A stretch of 64,000 nucleotides of DNA. Origin: Candidatus Sulfobium sp. (lineage in GTDB: Bacteria; Nitrospirota; Thermodesulfovibrionia; Thermodesulfovibrionales; UBA6898). Below the pieces are notes generated by a model that was given only the letters and a program-made list of their open reading frames with translations, had not been told where the DNA came from and made no database searches. The translations under genes and the position numbers were made by a program. How positions within the stretch are numbered: position 1 is the stretch's first letter; each line of letters begins with the position of its first letter. The stretch is taken from the NCBI GenBank assembly GCA_037380845.1, contig JARRRI010000007.1, positions 1 to 64,000 of the forward strand. The letters are read 5' to 3'. Positions 19,326-29,145 of the stretch are shown piece after piece.

Positions 19326-19888
19326 GTCTGCTTCAGCGTATTTTTTACATCAGGGTCCCGGCGCACATGTCGGAGGGGAACCTGAGTTTAAGACCTCTCC
19401 GGTTCTCAGACGCCCCGTTTCTGAAATCCGGATTCAACCGGGAGGAGAGCCTCAGGGCAAACGGCCTGACGTCGCCGGTTTCTGCATCCGGCACGGCTAT
19501 ACGCCGCTGGATAAAAAAGACATATGATCTTGCCTGGTGTATCGAGGTCGATTCGCGGCCCGCGGGGTTTGCCGGGGTATACCGTCTAAGGCCGGGAAAG
19601 TCGGCAGAGACCAGCCTGATAGTCTTTGACAGGGCCTTGTGGTGCCGCGGTTATGGCGGAAGAGCGTTCAGGCTGGTCGCCGGGACACTCTCCGTGCGCG
19701 CCGGAGTAAAGGAGCTTGCCGTCAGCGTCCTGAAGGACAACCTGGCGGCCCTGTCCTTCTGGAAGAAGATGGGCTTCGGATATTCCGGCTGCAAAGACGG
19801 CATCTGCAGGATGAAGCTTGATCTGTCGCGCGGCTCTTCGTGTCTCTCTCCGGCGAAGCAGTTGGCCGTCAAAGAGGATTCTTCCTGA
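19322..19888 (+). CDS. GNAT (RimJ/RimL-like) N-acetyltransferase
   Basis: LSLRPL, WCRGYG, NLAALSFWKKMGF. Confidence 0.75.
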   Translation: MSLLQRIFYIRVPAHMSEGNLSLRPLRFSDAPFLKSGFNREESLRANGLTSPVSASGTAIRRWIKKTYDLAWCIEVDSRPAGFAGVYRLRPGKSAETSLIVFDRALWCRGYGGRAFRLVAGTLSVRAGVKELAVSVLKDNLAALSFWKKMGFGYSGCKDGICRMKLDLSRGSSCLSPAKQLAVKEDSS

Positions 19889-19993
19889 TTATCCCTGAGC
19901 GCACTTGCCTCCGCCGGGTCCCGGGTCAATCACCGGCCGGAGGTCAATCCCCGGGAAGGAGTAACGACCGGAGGTCCGTGGCGGCGTTATGCT

Positions 19994-20022
19994 TTGAAGA
20001 CGCGCTTCGCATGAGATATAAT
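19994..20022 (+). promoter_or_regulatory. Sigma70-type promoter for the usp and H+-ATPase genes
   Basis: TTGAAG-N17-TATAAT. Confidence 0.55.
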
Positions 20023-20103
20023 GATTCAAAGTCAGGCGGCCGTGCCCGTGTCCGGACGACCCGTTGCCTTGACGCCATGTCTTTTCAACAGGAGGTGTTA
20101 CAG

Positions 20104-20571
20104 ATGGAAGACGTGAAGCGAATTCTTGTTGTGAGCAGGATGACGAAGTACTGTGCAAAGGCTGTCAGGTACGGCGTCTCCCTGGCCCGGCAGTCAGGGG
20201 CAGAACTGCATGTTCTGCATGTGTTTTACGACCCCTTTGTCCTGGGCGGCTGGAACATGCCTTACCCTGCGATAGAAGACGCCTACAGAAAATCCCTGGA
20301 GGACGCAAAAAAAGAACTCGACAATATCGTTTACCATGAAGTGAAGAAGGGCATGACGGTCAGGGAGGAAGTGAGGGGAGGCAGACCCACCAGGCAGATA
20401 CTGGATTACGTCAAAAAACAAAACATAGACCTGATGATATTGCTTTCTCACGAAGAATGGCGACTGGAGCACTTCCTTTTCGGCCGGTCCAACGAAGAGA
20501 TCATCCGCAAAATGCCCTGCTCGGTCTTCATGGTAAAACAGGAACCCGAGCCGGTACCGTTTGAAGATTGA
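20104..20571 (+). CDS. Universal stress protein with a degenerate ATP motif
   Basis: SD AGGAGG before ATG 20104; RILVVS...AELHVLHV...IDLMILLSHEEWRLEHFLFGRS...MPCSV. Confidence 0.9.
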   Translation: MEDVKRILVVSRMTKYCAKAVRYGVSLARQSGAELHVLHVFYDPFVLGGWNMPYPAIEDAYRKSLEDAKKELDNIVYHEVKKGMTVREEVRGGRPTRQILDYVKKQNIDLMILLSHEEWRLEHFLFGRSNEEIIRKMPCSVFMVKQEPEPVPFED

Positions 20572-20787
20572 TGCCGGCCGGGACATTCCGGTCCCGTTGT
20601 CTTCAGGCAGGCGACAGCAAAAAGTGCCGGTCAGTCGTCGTGTCCTCGAAGTTCCCGGCCGGGGGCACCCGTCGGTCTCGTTCTGAAACATGCCTGATCC
20701 CCCGACCGCTGCCTGAAAGTGACAGACAGATGCTTTTGCAAGGGCCGAATGAAAACGTGTTCGTAAGAATGCCCCCGGAGGCCATAC

Positions 20788-23391
20788 ATGCCGAAGAATA
20801 CAGATGACTACAAGAAGCTTTCCGTCGATGAGACACTGAAGGACCTTCACACTGCCAGGGAAGGGGGACTGACCGAAGAGGAGGCCAGTAAGAGGCTCGA
20901 CTCTTATGGTTTGAACGAAATCCCGGAAAAGGAAGAATCGACGCTGGGCAGGGTAATGAGGCGCTTCTGGGGCCCCATCCCCGGGATGATCGAAGCGGCG
21001 GCCTTTCTTTCCGCCGTCGTGCACCGGTGGGATGACTTCATTATCATCATGGCCCTGCTTCTCACCAATGCTTTCATCGACTTCTGGCAGGAATCGAAAG
21101 CGCTGAACGCACTGAGAGTATTGAAGGAAAAACTGGCAAAGCAGGCCCTGGTTTTCCGGGGCGGAGGGTTTCAGTCGGTTGAGGCGAGACTGCTGGTTCC
21201 GGGGGACATCATAAAGCTTAAGATAGGCGATCTCGTCCCTGCGGACGTAAAACTCATCGAAGGCGATTTTATTCAGGCCGACCAGTCGGCACTGACGGGA
21301 GAATCCCTCCCCGTCGGCAAGAAGGTGGGCGACATAGCCTATTCCAACTCCGTAGTAAAGCAGGGGGAGATGCTCGCCGTTGTGGTCAACACGGCGCTCA
21401 ACACTTTCTTCGGAAAGACCGTCGCACTTGTGGCCAGGGCCGAAAAAGAAGAAAGGAGCCATTTCCAGAAGGCCGTTCTGATGATCGGCAACTACCTGAT
21501 CGTGATGACCATATTCCTGGCAGCCATCATCCTCCTTACCGCCATGTTCAGACATGAGAATATGCTCGAAATTGTGAGGTTTACCCTGATCCTGACCGTG
21601 GCCGCCATCCCCGTAGCCCTGCCCGCCGTCCTTTCGGTAACAATGGCGGTGGGAGCCATGAACCTGGCAAAAAAACAGGCCATCGTGAGCAGGCTTGTCT
21701 CCATAGAAGAACTTGCAGGCGTCGATGTCCTCTGCTCCGACAAGACGGGGACGCTGACCTGCAACAGGATGACTGTATCAGAACCGGTGGCATACGGGGA
21801 ATATACGGTCGAAGACCTGATGCTTTATGCGGTCATGTCGTCAAAAGAAGAAAACAGGGACCCGATTGAGGTCCCGATATTCGAATATATGCAGAAGTCC
21901 GGTGTTTCGCCGGCGGGACGGCAATATGAGCAGACGAAGTTCGTCCCGTTCGATCCGGTCAGAAAGAGGACTGAGGCGACAGTCAGGTCCGATGGTAAGA
22001 CCTTCATGGTAACAAAAGGAGCGCCTCAGGTTGTCCTGGGCCTCTGCGAGGAAGAGGCGGGCAGAGTCGGAATCCTGGAAAAGGTGGAGGAACTGGCCGC
22101 AAAAGGGTTCAGAACGCTGGGGGTGGGGATCAGGCATCAGGAAGACAGGACCTACCGGTTCATCGGGCTCATTCCCCTTTTTGACCCTCCCCGGGAAGAC
22201 TCCATGGAGACCGTCGGGGAAGCCGGAAGGCTGGGACTGAACGTAAAGATGGTCACGGGCGACAACAGGGCGATTGCCGTACACATTGCCGAAATCCTGG
22301 GGGTGGGAAACAACATACTGGATGCCCGTGAACTCAAAGGCGCAGGCAACAAGGAGCTTATTCTCCTGGGGTCTGTTATCGCCCGGGCGGTATACAGGAA
22401 ATTGTCCCCGGATGTTACGGAAAGGGAGGCCGGAAAGTTCGCCGATAGCGTCGTCGGGGAACTTGAGAAAACGTTTGAAGGCCTTGCCCTGCCGAAAGGG
22501 TATGTGAAACAGCATGAATCCGAAATAATCGACCTGATCGAAGATGCTGCCGGGTTCGCCCAGGTCTACCCGGAAGACAAATACCTGATCGTGGACAAAC
22601 TTCAGAAGGCGGGCCACATCGTCGGCATGACCGGAGACGGGGTGAACGACGCACCGGCCTTGAAGAAGGCCGACGCCGGGATAGCAGTCTCCGGGTCGAC
22701 GGACGCGGCCCGGGCGGCGGCCGACCTGGTGCTGCTCGCACCGGGGCTGTCCGTGATAGTCGACGCCATCAAGGGGGCGAGGATCACATTCGAGAGGATG
22801 AAGAGCTACAGCATTTACAGGATCGCCGAGACCATCAGGGTGATCCTTTTCATGACGGCTTCGATAGTGGTCTTCAATTTTTACCCCGTCACTGCAATCA
22901 TGATAATCATACTGGCCTTTCTGAACGACATCCCGATACTGGCTATCGCTTATGACCGCACGAAGATCGACGACCATCCGGTGAAATGGAATATGGTCGA
23001 GACCCTGACAGTATCCACGGTCCTCGGATTTCTCGGGGTGATAGCCAGCTTCGGAATTTTCTATATCGCCGAAGAATACATGCGTCTTCCGCCTGCCGCC
23101 GTCCAGACCTTCATCTTTCTGAAGCTTGCGGTGGCCGGACATCTCACCATATTTCTTACAAGGACTGAAAACCGTTTCTGGCGGAAGCCCTACCCCGCCC
23201 CACTCCTTTTCTGGGCGGCCGTGGTCACCAAGGTGGTAGCCACCCTTTTTGCGGTATATGGATGGTTCGTTGCGCCGATCGGCTGGAGAAACGCCTTCCT
23301 CGTCTGGGGATATGCACTCCTCTGGTTCGTGGTCAACGATTTCGTAAAGGTCTGGACATACAGGCAGCTTAAACGACACGGCCAGATCTGA
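20788..23391 (+). CDS. Plasma-membrane-type (P3A) H+-transporting P-type ATPase
   Basis: FWGPIP, LTGES, IPVALP, CSDKTGTLT, KGAPQ, DPPRED, TGDGVNDAPALK, YRIAETIR, FLND (proton-acceptor Asp), IAYD. Confidence 0.92.
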   Translation: MPKNTDDYKKLSVDETLKDLHTAREGGLTEEEASKRLDSYGLNEIPEKEESTLGRVMRRFWGPIPGMIEAAAFLSAVVHRWDDFIIIMALLLTNAFIDFWQESKALNALRVLKEKLAKQALVFRGGGFQSVEARLLVPGDIIKLKIGDLVPADVKLIEGDFIQADQSALTGESLPVGKKVGDIAYSNSVVKQGEMLAVVVNTALNTFFGKTVALVARAEKEERSHFQKAVLMIGNYLIVMTIFLAAIILLTAMFRHENMLEIVRFTLILTVAAIPVALPAVLSVTMAVGAMNLAKKQAIVSRLVSIEELAGVDVLCSDKTGTLTCNRMTVSEPVAYGEYTVEDLMLYAVMSSKEENRDPIEVPIFEYMQKSGVSPAGRQYEQTKFVPFDPVRKRTEATVRSDGKTFMVTKGAPQVVLGLCEEEAGRVGILEKVEELAAKGFRTLGVGIRHQEDRTYRFIGLIPLFDPPREDSMETVGEAGRLGLNVKMVTGDNRAIAVHIAEILGVGNNILDARELKGAGNKELILLGSVIARAVYRKLSPDVTEREAGKFADSVVGELEKTFEGLALPKGYVKQHESEIIDLIEDAAGFAQVYPEDKYLIVDKLQKAGHIVGMTGDGVNDAPALKKADAGIAVSGSTDAARAAADLVLLAPGLSVIVDAIKGARITFERMKSYSIYRIAETIRVILFMTASIVVFNFYPVTAIMIIILAFLNDIPILAIAYDRTKIDDHPVKWNMVETLTVSTVLGFLGVIASFGIFYIAEEYMRLPPAAVQTFIFLKLAVAGHLTIFLTRTENRFWRKPYPAPLLFWAAVVTKVVATLFAVYGWFVAPIGWRNAFLVWGYALLWFVVNDFVKVWTYRQLKRHGQI

Positions 23392-23489
23392 TCCGGCGCA
23401 CATGCAGCCGGCGACTCTGACTGACCATACTACCCGGTTGTAAGGCCCTATTTTCTGTGTTATACATGGAAGTAACAGGAGGGGCTGCC

Positions 23490-23588
23490 ATGAACACCGA
23501 GGGACATTTTTCACGAAGGAGTTTTCTCAGGACGGCAGGCGCCGTTGCCACGATGGGGGCACCCGTCAGTGAAAGGATGCTGCAGTGA
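23490..23588 (+). pseudogene. 32-codon ORF made of little more than a Tat signal (gene remnant or small peptide)
   Basis: SD AGGAGG; MNTEGHFSRRSFLRTAGAVATMGAPVSERMLQ*. Confidence 0.55.
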
Positions 23589-23706
23589 TCATAAATTATC
23601 TGGCTGAAAAATACGGGACCGGACAATAAAGGGTGAACTTTCCGGTCACGCCCTGAGTGTTTTTCGTTGCCGCCAAAGGGCTGAAGGACGTTAAGGGCCT
23701 GGAACA

Positions 23707-24360
23707 ATGAAGCCTTTGCCGGAGAACCTCCATGTGCTGACGCCCTATCTTCAGGCGGTCGCGCCCTATCTGGACCGTTATGGCTACCTGGCTGTTTTTT
23801 TGGGTGTTTTTCTTGAAGACTTCGGCATACCGGTACCCGGCGAAACGCTGCTGATCGCCGGTGCTCTTTTCGCCGGGCTGGGAGAATTCAGGATATGGTG
23901 GATCGCTCTCCTGGCCTTCCTGGGGGCGGTTGCAGGGGACAATGTGGGATATGCCATAGGCTATTTCGGGGGACGCAGGCTGGTTTTGGCCTATGGCCGG
24001 TACGTCTTTCTCACCGCGGAACGGCTGCAGAGGCTGGAGGCTTTCTTCGCCCGCCACGGCGGCAAGGTTGTTATGGCTGCACGCTTTATTGAGGGGTTCA
24101 GGCAGTTTAACGGGATCGTTGCAGGCATCAGCGGAATGAGATGGAGAAGGTTCCTCGTCTTCAACGGCATAGGTGCTGCTCTCTGGGTTTGCTTGTGGGC
24201 CGGGGGCGCCTATTTCCTGGGGAACAGGCTGGGCGCGGTCTTCGTCCTGTTCAAGGGCATCGAAACCTACCTGTTGACAGGATTTGCAGTACTGGTCATA
24301 TTCTGTATCGGCTACCGTCTCTTTAAAGGAAGGTGCGGCAAGACCGGTAAGAGGGAATAA
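23707..24360 (+). CDS. DedA family membrane protein
   Basis: FLEDFGIPVPGETLL, GDNVGYAIG, ARFIEGFR, AGISGM. Confidence 0.92.
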   Translation: MKPLPENLHVLTPYLQAVAPYLDRYGYLAVFLGVFLEDFGIPVPGETLLIAGALFAGLGEFRIWWIALLAFLGAVAGDNVGYAIGYFGGRRLVLAYGRYVFLTAERLQRLEAFFARHGGKVVMAARFIEGFRQFNGIVAGISGMRWRRFLVFNGIGAALWVCLWAGGAYFLGNRLGAVFVLFKGIETYLLTGFAVLVIFCIGYRLFKGRCGKTGKRE

Positions 24361-24501
24361 ACTCCGACCCATTCCATGGGAAACAGGAGCTTTCCGTCGT
24401 CCCTCCGGTTGTCTCAATCCGGCTTTTGTGCTATATTGTCTCCAGTCTTATTTTATTTTCTTGAGATGCCCTCGAGAAATTTTCGATCCGGGAGGCTGAA
24501 A

Positions 24502-24966
24502 ATGGACGATGTGAAACAAATTCTTGTCGTGAGCAGACTGACCACGGAAGACGAGAAGGCAGTGCACTACGGCGTGTCACTTTGCAAGAAGTACGGCGCC
24601 GAACTCAATATTATTCACGTCATCAATGACCCTTTGCTCGGCGGCGGCTGGAACCTGCCGATACCGGCCATAGAAGAGGCTTACCGGGAATCCCGGGAGG
24701 AGGCCAGGAAGGCGTTGGACAGGATCACGGGACTGGAAAGAGAAAAGGGCATGACTATCAACGAACTCATACGTGACGGGGAACCTTCCAGGGAAGTTTT
24801 CAAGGCGGTGGAAGAAATGAAGATCGACCTGATTGTCATGGTTTCCCATGAAGAGGGGCGGCTGGAACATTTCCTCTTCGGGCGCACCAATGAACGGATA
24901 ATACGCAGGATGCCCTGTTCCGTCTTCCTCGTGAAAAAGGAACCCGAAGCCGCCGATTTCGAATGA
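24502..24966 (+). CDS. Universal stress protein; paralog of 20104..20571
   Basis: SD GGAGG; MDDVKQILVVSR...GGWNLP...SHEEGRLEHFLFGR...MPCSV. Confidence 0.9.
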   Translation: MDDVKQILVVSRLTTEDEKAVHYGVSLCKKYGAELNIIHVINDPLLGGGWNLPIPAIEEAYRESREEARKALDRITGLEREKGMTINELIRDGEPSREVFKAVEEMKIDLIVMVSHEEGRLEHFLFGRTNERIIRRMPCSVFLVKKEPEAADFE

Positions 24967-24992
24967 ACCGGTGCAGGGAAGAGAGAGGAACA

Positions 24993-25442
24993 ATGATTAC
25001 GAAGATCCTTGTTGCAACAGACGGATCGAAGACAGCCGTAAACGCAGTTAAATACGCGGCGGACCTCGCAAGACAGACGGGTGCAGGCGTAGTATTGCTG
25101 AGTGTCATTGACAAGAATTCCGTCATTGCCCAGTCGATACCTGCTTTTTCCACGCCGACCCATATTACGGAGTCGGTGGAAGACTATATGAGGCGCGCAG
25201 CGGAGGCTTACCTGTCGGCGGCAGAGAAGCTCTGCAGAAAGAAAGGTGTCGAGGCCGGGAGTATCATAAGGTCCGGTCATCCGGTAGAGGAAATTGTAAA
25301 GGAGGCCGGGAAATCAAAGGCCGATCTGATCGTAATAGGCTCGCAGGGGAAGAGCGCTCTGGAATCCGCCGTGCTGGGCAGCACCACTTACGGCGTGATA
25401 CACAGCGGCACAAAGACACCGGTGCTTGTAACAAAAAAGTGA
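24993..25442 (+). CDS. Universal stress protein (ATP-binding type)
   Basis: KILVATDGS...GHPVEEI...GSQGKSALESAVLGST. Confidence 0.92.
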   Translation: MITKILVATDGSKTAVNAVKYAADLARQTGAGVVLLSVIDKNSVIAQSIPAFSTPTHITESVEDYMRRAAEAYLSAAEKLCRKKGVEAGSIIRSGHPVEEIVKEAGKSKADLIVIGSQGKSALESAVLGSTTYGVIHSGTKTPVLVTKK

Positions 25443-25479
25443 AGCGCAGCCTCCGGACGGCTGAAATGGAAGGCTTTGA

Positions 25480-25905
25480 GTGACACCCGAAATCCCGGAC
25501 GACCCCCGCAACTCCTCCAGGGTCCGCAACCGCCGGGTCCATATGGCGAACGAACGGACTTTTCTCGCCTGGATACGGACCAGCCTGGGTATCATGGCCT
25601 TCGGGTTCGTTGTCGAGAAATTCGCCCTCTTCGTGCGGCAGATATCTTATTACATCGAGCAGACCGGGATGCCCAGGGGGTTCATGCCTCCGCCTTCGCC
25701 CCGTTATTCCTCCACCCTCGGGATATTCCTGGTGGGGCTGGGGGCAGTGGTAGGGTTCATGGCCTTTGTAAGGTACAAGAAAGTGGAAAGACAGATAGAC
25801 GAAGACACCTACCACCCGTCGGTGATATTGAACACTATGCTCACCGTATCGGTAATGGCGATCGGCATATTCCTGATTTTCTATCTCATCCAGAGCATCA
25901 TGTAA
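25480..25905 (+). CDS. Stand-alone DUF202 / YidH family membrane protein
   Basis: HMANERTFLAWIRTSLGIMAFGFVVEKF; three TM helices. Confidence 0.92.
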   Translation: MTPEIPDDPRNSSRVRNRRVHMANERTFLAWIRTSLGIMAFGFVVEKFALFVRQISYYIEQTGMPRGFMPPPSPRYSSTLGIFLVGLGAVVGFMAFVRYKKVERQIDEDTYHPSVILNTMLTVSVMAIGIFLIFYLIQSIM

Positions 25906-26142
25906 CCCACGTTATGTCGGGAACTTCGTGCGAGTCCCGAAGCGAATCTCCGCGCAGGGGCGCTACGACTTCTCGAGAGCCGCTTGGACCTCCTGTAAGG
26001 CCGCCTAAAGGTTCCGGGCGGGACTACCGCCTCTGGCGGCGCGGAAGGCGACCGGGACGGAACGGCAAAGGCTTCGAAATTTTTCTGCATATTGCAGGAA
26101 TAATGATAATCCGGGGTTAGAGCAGGAGCAGGACCCGGCTTG

Positions 26143-27321
26143 TCAGACCATGGCCTTAAGTACTTCACCCAGTCTCTTGATCCCCGTCTGTATGGTCTCT
26201 TCATCCACGCTGGAATAATTCAGTCTCAGGGTATTGACGTTGCACCTGTTGACATAAAAGGGGTCTCCCGGAACAAAGGCCACCTTTTTCTCTATCGCCT
26301 TCCCGAAAACCTCCACCGCCGGCAGGCTTTCCGGCAGCGTAATCCAGAGGAACATTCCGCCCTCAGGTTTCGTGTATTTCGTCTCCTCCGGGAAGTGTTC
26401 CTCTATCGCCGCCACCATGGAGTCGCGCTGCCTGCCGTATGCTTCTCTTATCTTCTCTATATGTTCGTCGATGTCGTAGTCGGTCAGATACTGGAGTATG
26501 ATCCGCTGGCCAAAGTAGTTGGTGTGAAGGTCTGATGCCTGTTTCGCAATAATCAGCTTCTCCATGATCTCATCCCTGGCAACAATCCACCCTATCCTGA
26601 AGGAAGGCACTATGATCTTCGAGAAAGAGCCCAGGAGGACCGTGTTATGAGGAATGAGATTGTGAAAAGAAGGCTTGTCTTCCCCCATGAACCGCAGTTC
26701 CCCGTAAGGATCGTCTTCCACAAGGAGCGTGCTTTTCCCCTCCAACATCCCGGACACCTCTCTACGGTTTTCCTCGGAGTAGCTGATTCCGGAGGGATTC
26801 TGGAAGTTCGGGACGCAATAGAACAATTTGCTTGCCCCGCCGCTGAACACCCTCTCCAGTCCCGCCAGGTCGATTCCGCCCATGTCCACCGGGACAGGAT
26901 AAAAAGTCGAGCGGTAGACAGAGAAGGCCTGTATAGCCCCCAGATAACCGGGCTCCTCGATTATAACTCCGTCGCCTTTGTTCAGGAGAGTCTTCCCGAG
27001 CAGGTCCAGCCCCTGCTGTGAGCCCGTAGTGATCAGGATGTTGTCCGGACTTACCGAAATGCCCTTGTTGTCCGCGTACCTCGCGGCGATCCATTCCCTC
27101 AGCTCACGGTGGCCTTCGGAGGAGCTGTACTGAAGGACGTCCATGCCGGCTTCGTCGAGCACCTTGTCTGCTGAGGCCTTTATCTCCCTGAGGGGAAAGA
27201 GATTGCGGTTCGGCAGCCCGCCGGCAAAGGAGATGACGGATTCATCGACCGCAACCTTCAGGATCTCCCTGATGAAAGACCTCGGCACATCCGATATCCT
27301 GTCTGAGAAGATACTTCCCAT
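26143..27321 (-). CDS. PLP-dependent class I aminotransferase (LysN/ARO8-like)
   Basis: ISFAGGLP, TGSQQGLDL, PNFQNPSG, EDDPY, GSFSK, RIGW, GGMFLW, LRLNYS; SD GAGGAG upstream of ATG 27321. Confidence 0.9.
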   Translation of the reverse strand: MGSIFSDRISDVPRSFIREILKVAVDESVISFAGGLPNRNLFPLREIKASADKVLDEAGMDVLQYSSSEGHRELREWIAARYADNKGISVSPDNILITTGSQQGLDLLGKTLLNKGDGVIIEEPGYLGAIQAFSVYRSTFYPVPVDMGGIDLAGLERVFSGGASKLFYCVPNFQNPSGISYSEENRREVSGMLEGKSTLLVEDDPYGELRFMGEDKPSFHNLIPHNTVLLGSFSKIIVPSFRIGWIVARDEIMEKLIIAKQASDLHTNYFGQRIILQYLTDYDIDEHIEKIREAYGRQRDSMVAAIEEHFPEETKYTKPEGGMFLWITLPESLPAVEVFGKAIEKKVAFVPGDPFYVNRCNVNTLRLNYSSVDEETIQTGIKRLGEVLKAMV

Positions 27322-27474
27322 GTTGTCTGGCTCCTCGCTTCTTCCGGTTAATCGAAAGAGTCCGTTTTTTAGCTTACCACAGATCACCCTCGTTTCAATA
27401 TAGGTGCTGTAATTCTTACTGGCCCCGGAGTTGCCCTGCTTGCGAAATCGGGAGCGCAGCTTTTAAAATGTTTC

Positions 27475-29145
27475 ATGGCAACCATTAAGGTCCTTCCCGA
27501 GGGCCTCAGGAGCAGGATCTCCGCAGGAGAAGTAGTCGAGAGGCCCGCCTCCGTCGTCAAGGAACTGATCGAAAATTCCATTGATTCGGGGGCCGCGGAC
27601 ATCAGGGTCGAGGTCTCCCACGGAGGGAAGCGGGTGATAAGGGTCTCCGACGACGGATGCGGCATGGACAGGGACGATGCGCTGCTCTGCTTCGAGCGTC
27701 ATGCAACGAGCAAGCTTCTGGATGAAGAGGGCCTCTTTGACATCAGGACCCTCGGCTTCAGAGGGGAGGCGCTTCCCTCGATAGCCTCCGTATCCAGGGT
27801 CAGACTCGTTACAGGGATAAAGGGCTCTTCGGCCGGTGTCTCACTGGAGGTCGAGGGAGGAGAAGTTAAGGACATAAGGGAATCCTCCTTCGCCGGGACT
27901 TCAATCACGGTAAGCGACATATTTTTCAACACGCCGGCGAGAAAGAAGTTCCTGAAAACCGACAGCACAGAGTTGTTCCATATCATGGATTCCTTCACAA
28001 AGGAAGCTATCTCTAACTGTGGTATATCATTCTCCCTCTTCACGGACGGCAGGGAGGCCATGCTTTTTCCGAAGGCTTCCGGTCCCAGGGAAAGGATAAT
28101 GCAGGTCTTCGGTCCGGAATTCCTCGACGGCCTGATCGGGGTCAGGGCCGGGCAGGGACATATGGTCCTTAACGCCCTCATCTCCAAAGGTACGAATTTC
28201 AGGAAGAACAGGTCCCATCAGTTCGTCTTCGTCAACTCGCGCCCGGTAAAAGACCAGACCGTCAGCGCAGCCCTTTACAAGGCATATGAGGGCATCCTGC
28301 CGGGCGGGAGCCATCCGGTCTTTTTCCTCTTCCTCGAACTTGACCCAGGCAAGGTCGACTTCAATGTCCACCCCGCAAAGAGGGAGGTCAGATTTGAGGA
28401 AAAGGAGCTCATTTACAGGTTCATCTACAGCCATGCCAGAGACGCGGTAAAAGGCGAGCGGAACGAGTACACCGGAAAGTTCACGGAGATAACCTCGGCG
28501 TCCGTTCCGGCGCCCCGGTCCTGCCCGTCTTCCGCACCTTCACCCGGAAATGTCCTCGTATCTGAAAATGCCTCTCTTTCTTACAGGCCGGTCGTGCCGT
28601 TCATCTATCTGGGTGACACCTTTGTCGCTGTTTCGGGCACGGGGGGGCTTACCGTCATAGACCACCACGCCGCCCATGAGAGGATACTCTATGAAAAATT
28701 CCTGCAACAGGTAGACCTCGACTCTTGTCAACTCCTCTTCCCGGTGCAGATCAAACTCTCCCATAAGGAGTACAGACTCATTCTCGAAAATAAGGACATC
28801 CTCTCGGACTTCGGCATCGAGGTAGACGACTTCGGGCACGACGTGCTCACGGTCAGGGCTTTGCCCTCTGCGCTCAATGGAGCGGACCTCAGGGGGATTC
28901 TCTCCGATGCGGCGGAGGGGGCCCGCGAAGGAGTGCGGCCGGGTAAGTCTCTGAAAGAATCTCTTGCAGCGAGAATCGCCTGCCATGGCTCCGTGAGAGG
29001 CAGGGAAATTCTGAACCAGGAAGAGCTGTCCCGCCTGCTGGACGATCTCGAAAAGACGGAACATCCTGACCAGTGTCCCCACGGGAGGCCGACGAGGATC
29101 TTTTTCTCCCTGGATGACCTTGGAAAGCTCTTCAAGAGAAAATGA
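27475..29145 (+). CDS. mutL: DNA mismatch repair endonuclease MutL
   Basis: AGEVVERPASVVKELIENSID, HATSK, GFRGEAL, DFNVHPAK, DHHAAHERILYE, CPHGRP. Confidence 0.97.
   Translation: MATIKVLPEGLRSRISAGEVVERPASVVKELIENSIDSGAADIRVEVSHGGKRVIRVSDDGCGMDRDDALLCFERHATSKLLDEEGLFDIRTLGFRGEALPSIASVSRVRLVTGIKGSSAGVSLEVEGGEVKDIRESSFAGTSITVSDIFFNTPARKKFLKTDSTELFHIMDSFTKEAISNCGISFSLFTDGREAMLFPKASGPRERIMQVFGPEFLDGLIGVRAGQGHMVLNALISKGTNFRKNRSHQFVFVNSRPVKDQTVSAALYKAYEGILPGGSHPVFFLFLELDPGKVDFNVHPAKREVRFEEKELIYRFIYSHARDAVKGERNEYTGKFTEITSASVPAPRSCPSSAPSPGNVLVSENASLSYRPVVPFIYLGDTFVAVSGTGGLTVIDHHAAHERILYEKFLQQVDLDSCQLLFPVQIKLSHKEYRLILENKDILSDFGIEVDDFGHDVLTVRALPSALNGADLRGILSDAAEGAREGVRPGKSLKESLAARIACHGSVRGREILNQEELSRLLDDLEKTEHPDQCPHGRPTRIFFSLDDLGKLFKRK

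Noticed and set aside
20572..20787. Structured leader or riboswitch before the H+-ATPase
   Set aside because: Only a 9-bp long-range inverted repeat in GC-rich DNA, with no recognisable aptamer.
20194..23514. Long antisense ORFs (453 and 557 aa; similar ones at 9013, 16741, 28728, 43091 and 51527)
   Set aside because: Shadows of well-supported genes caused by GC-rich codon bias; no motifs.
25900..26125. attC-like site (TAAC...GTTAG)
   Set aside because: The span is too long, the boxes do not match well, and there is no integrase or array.
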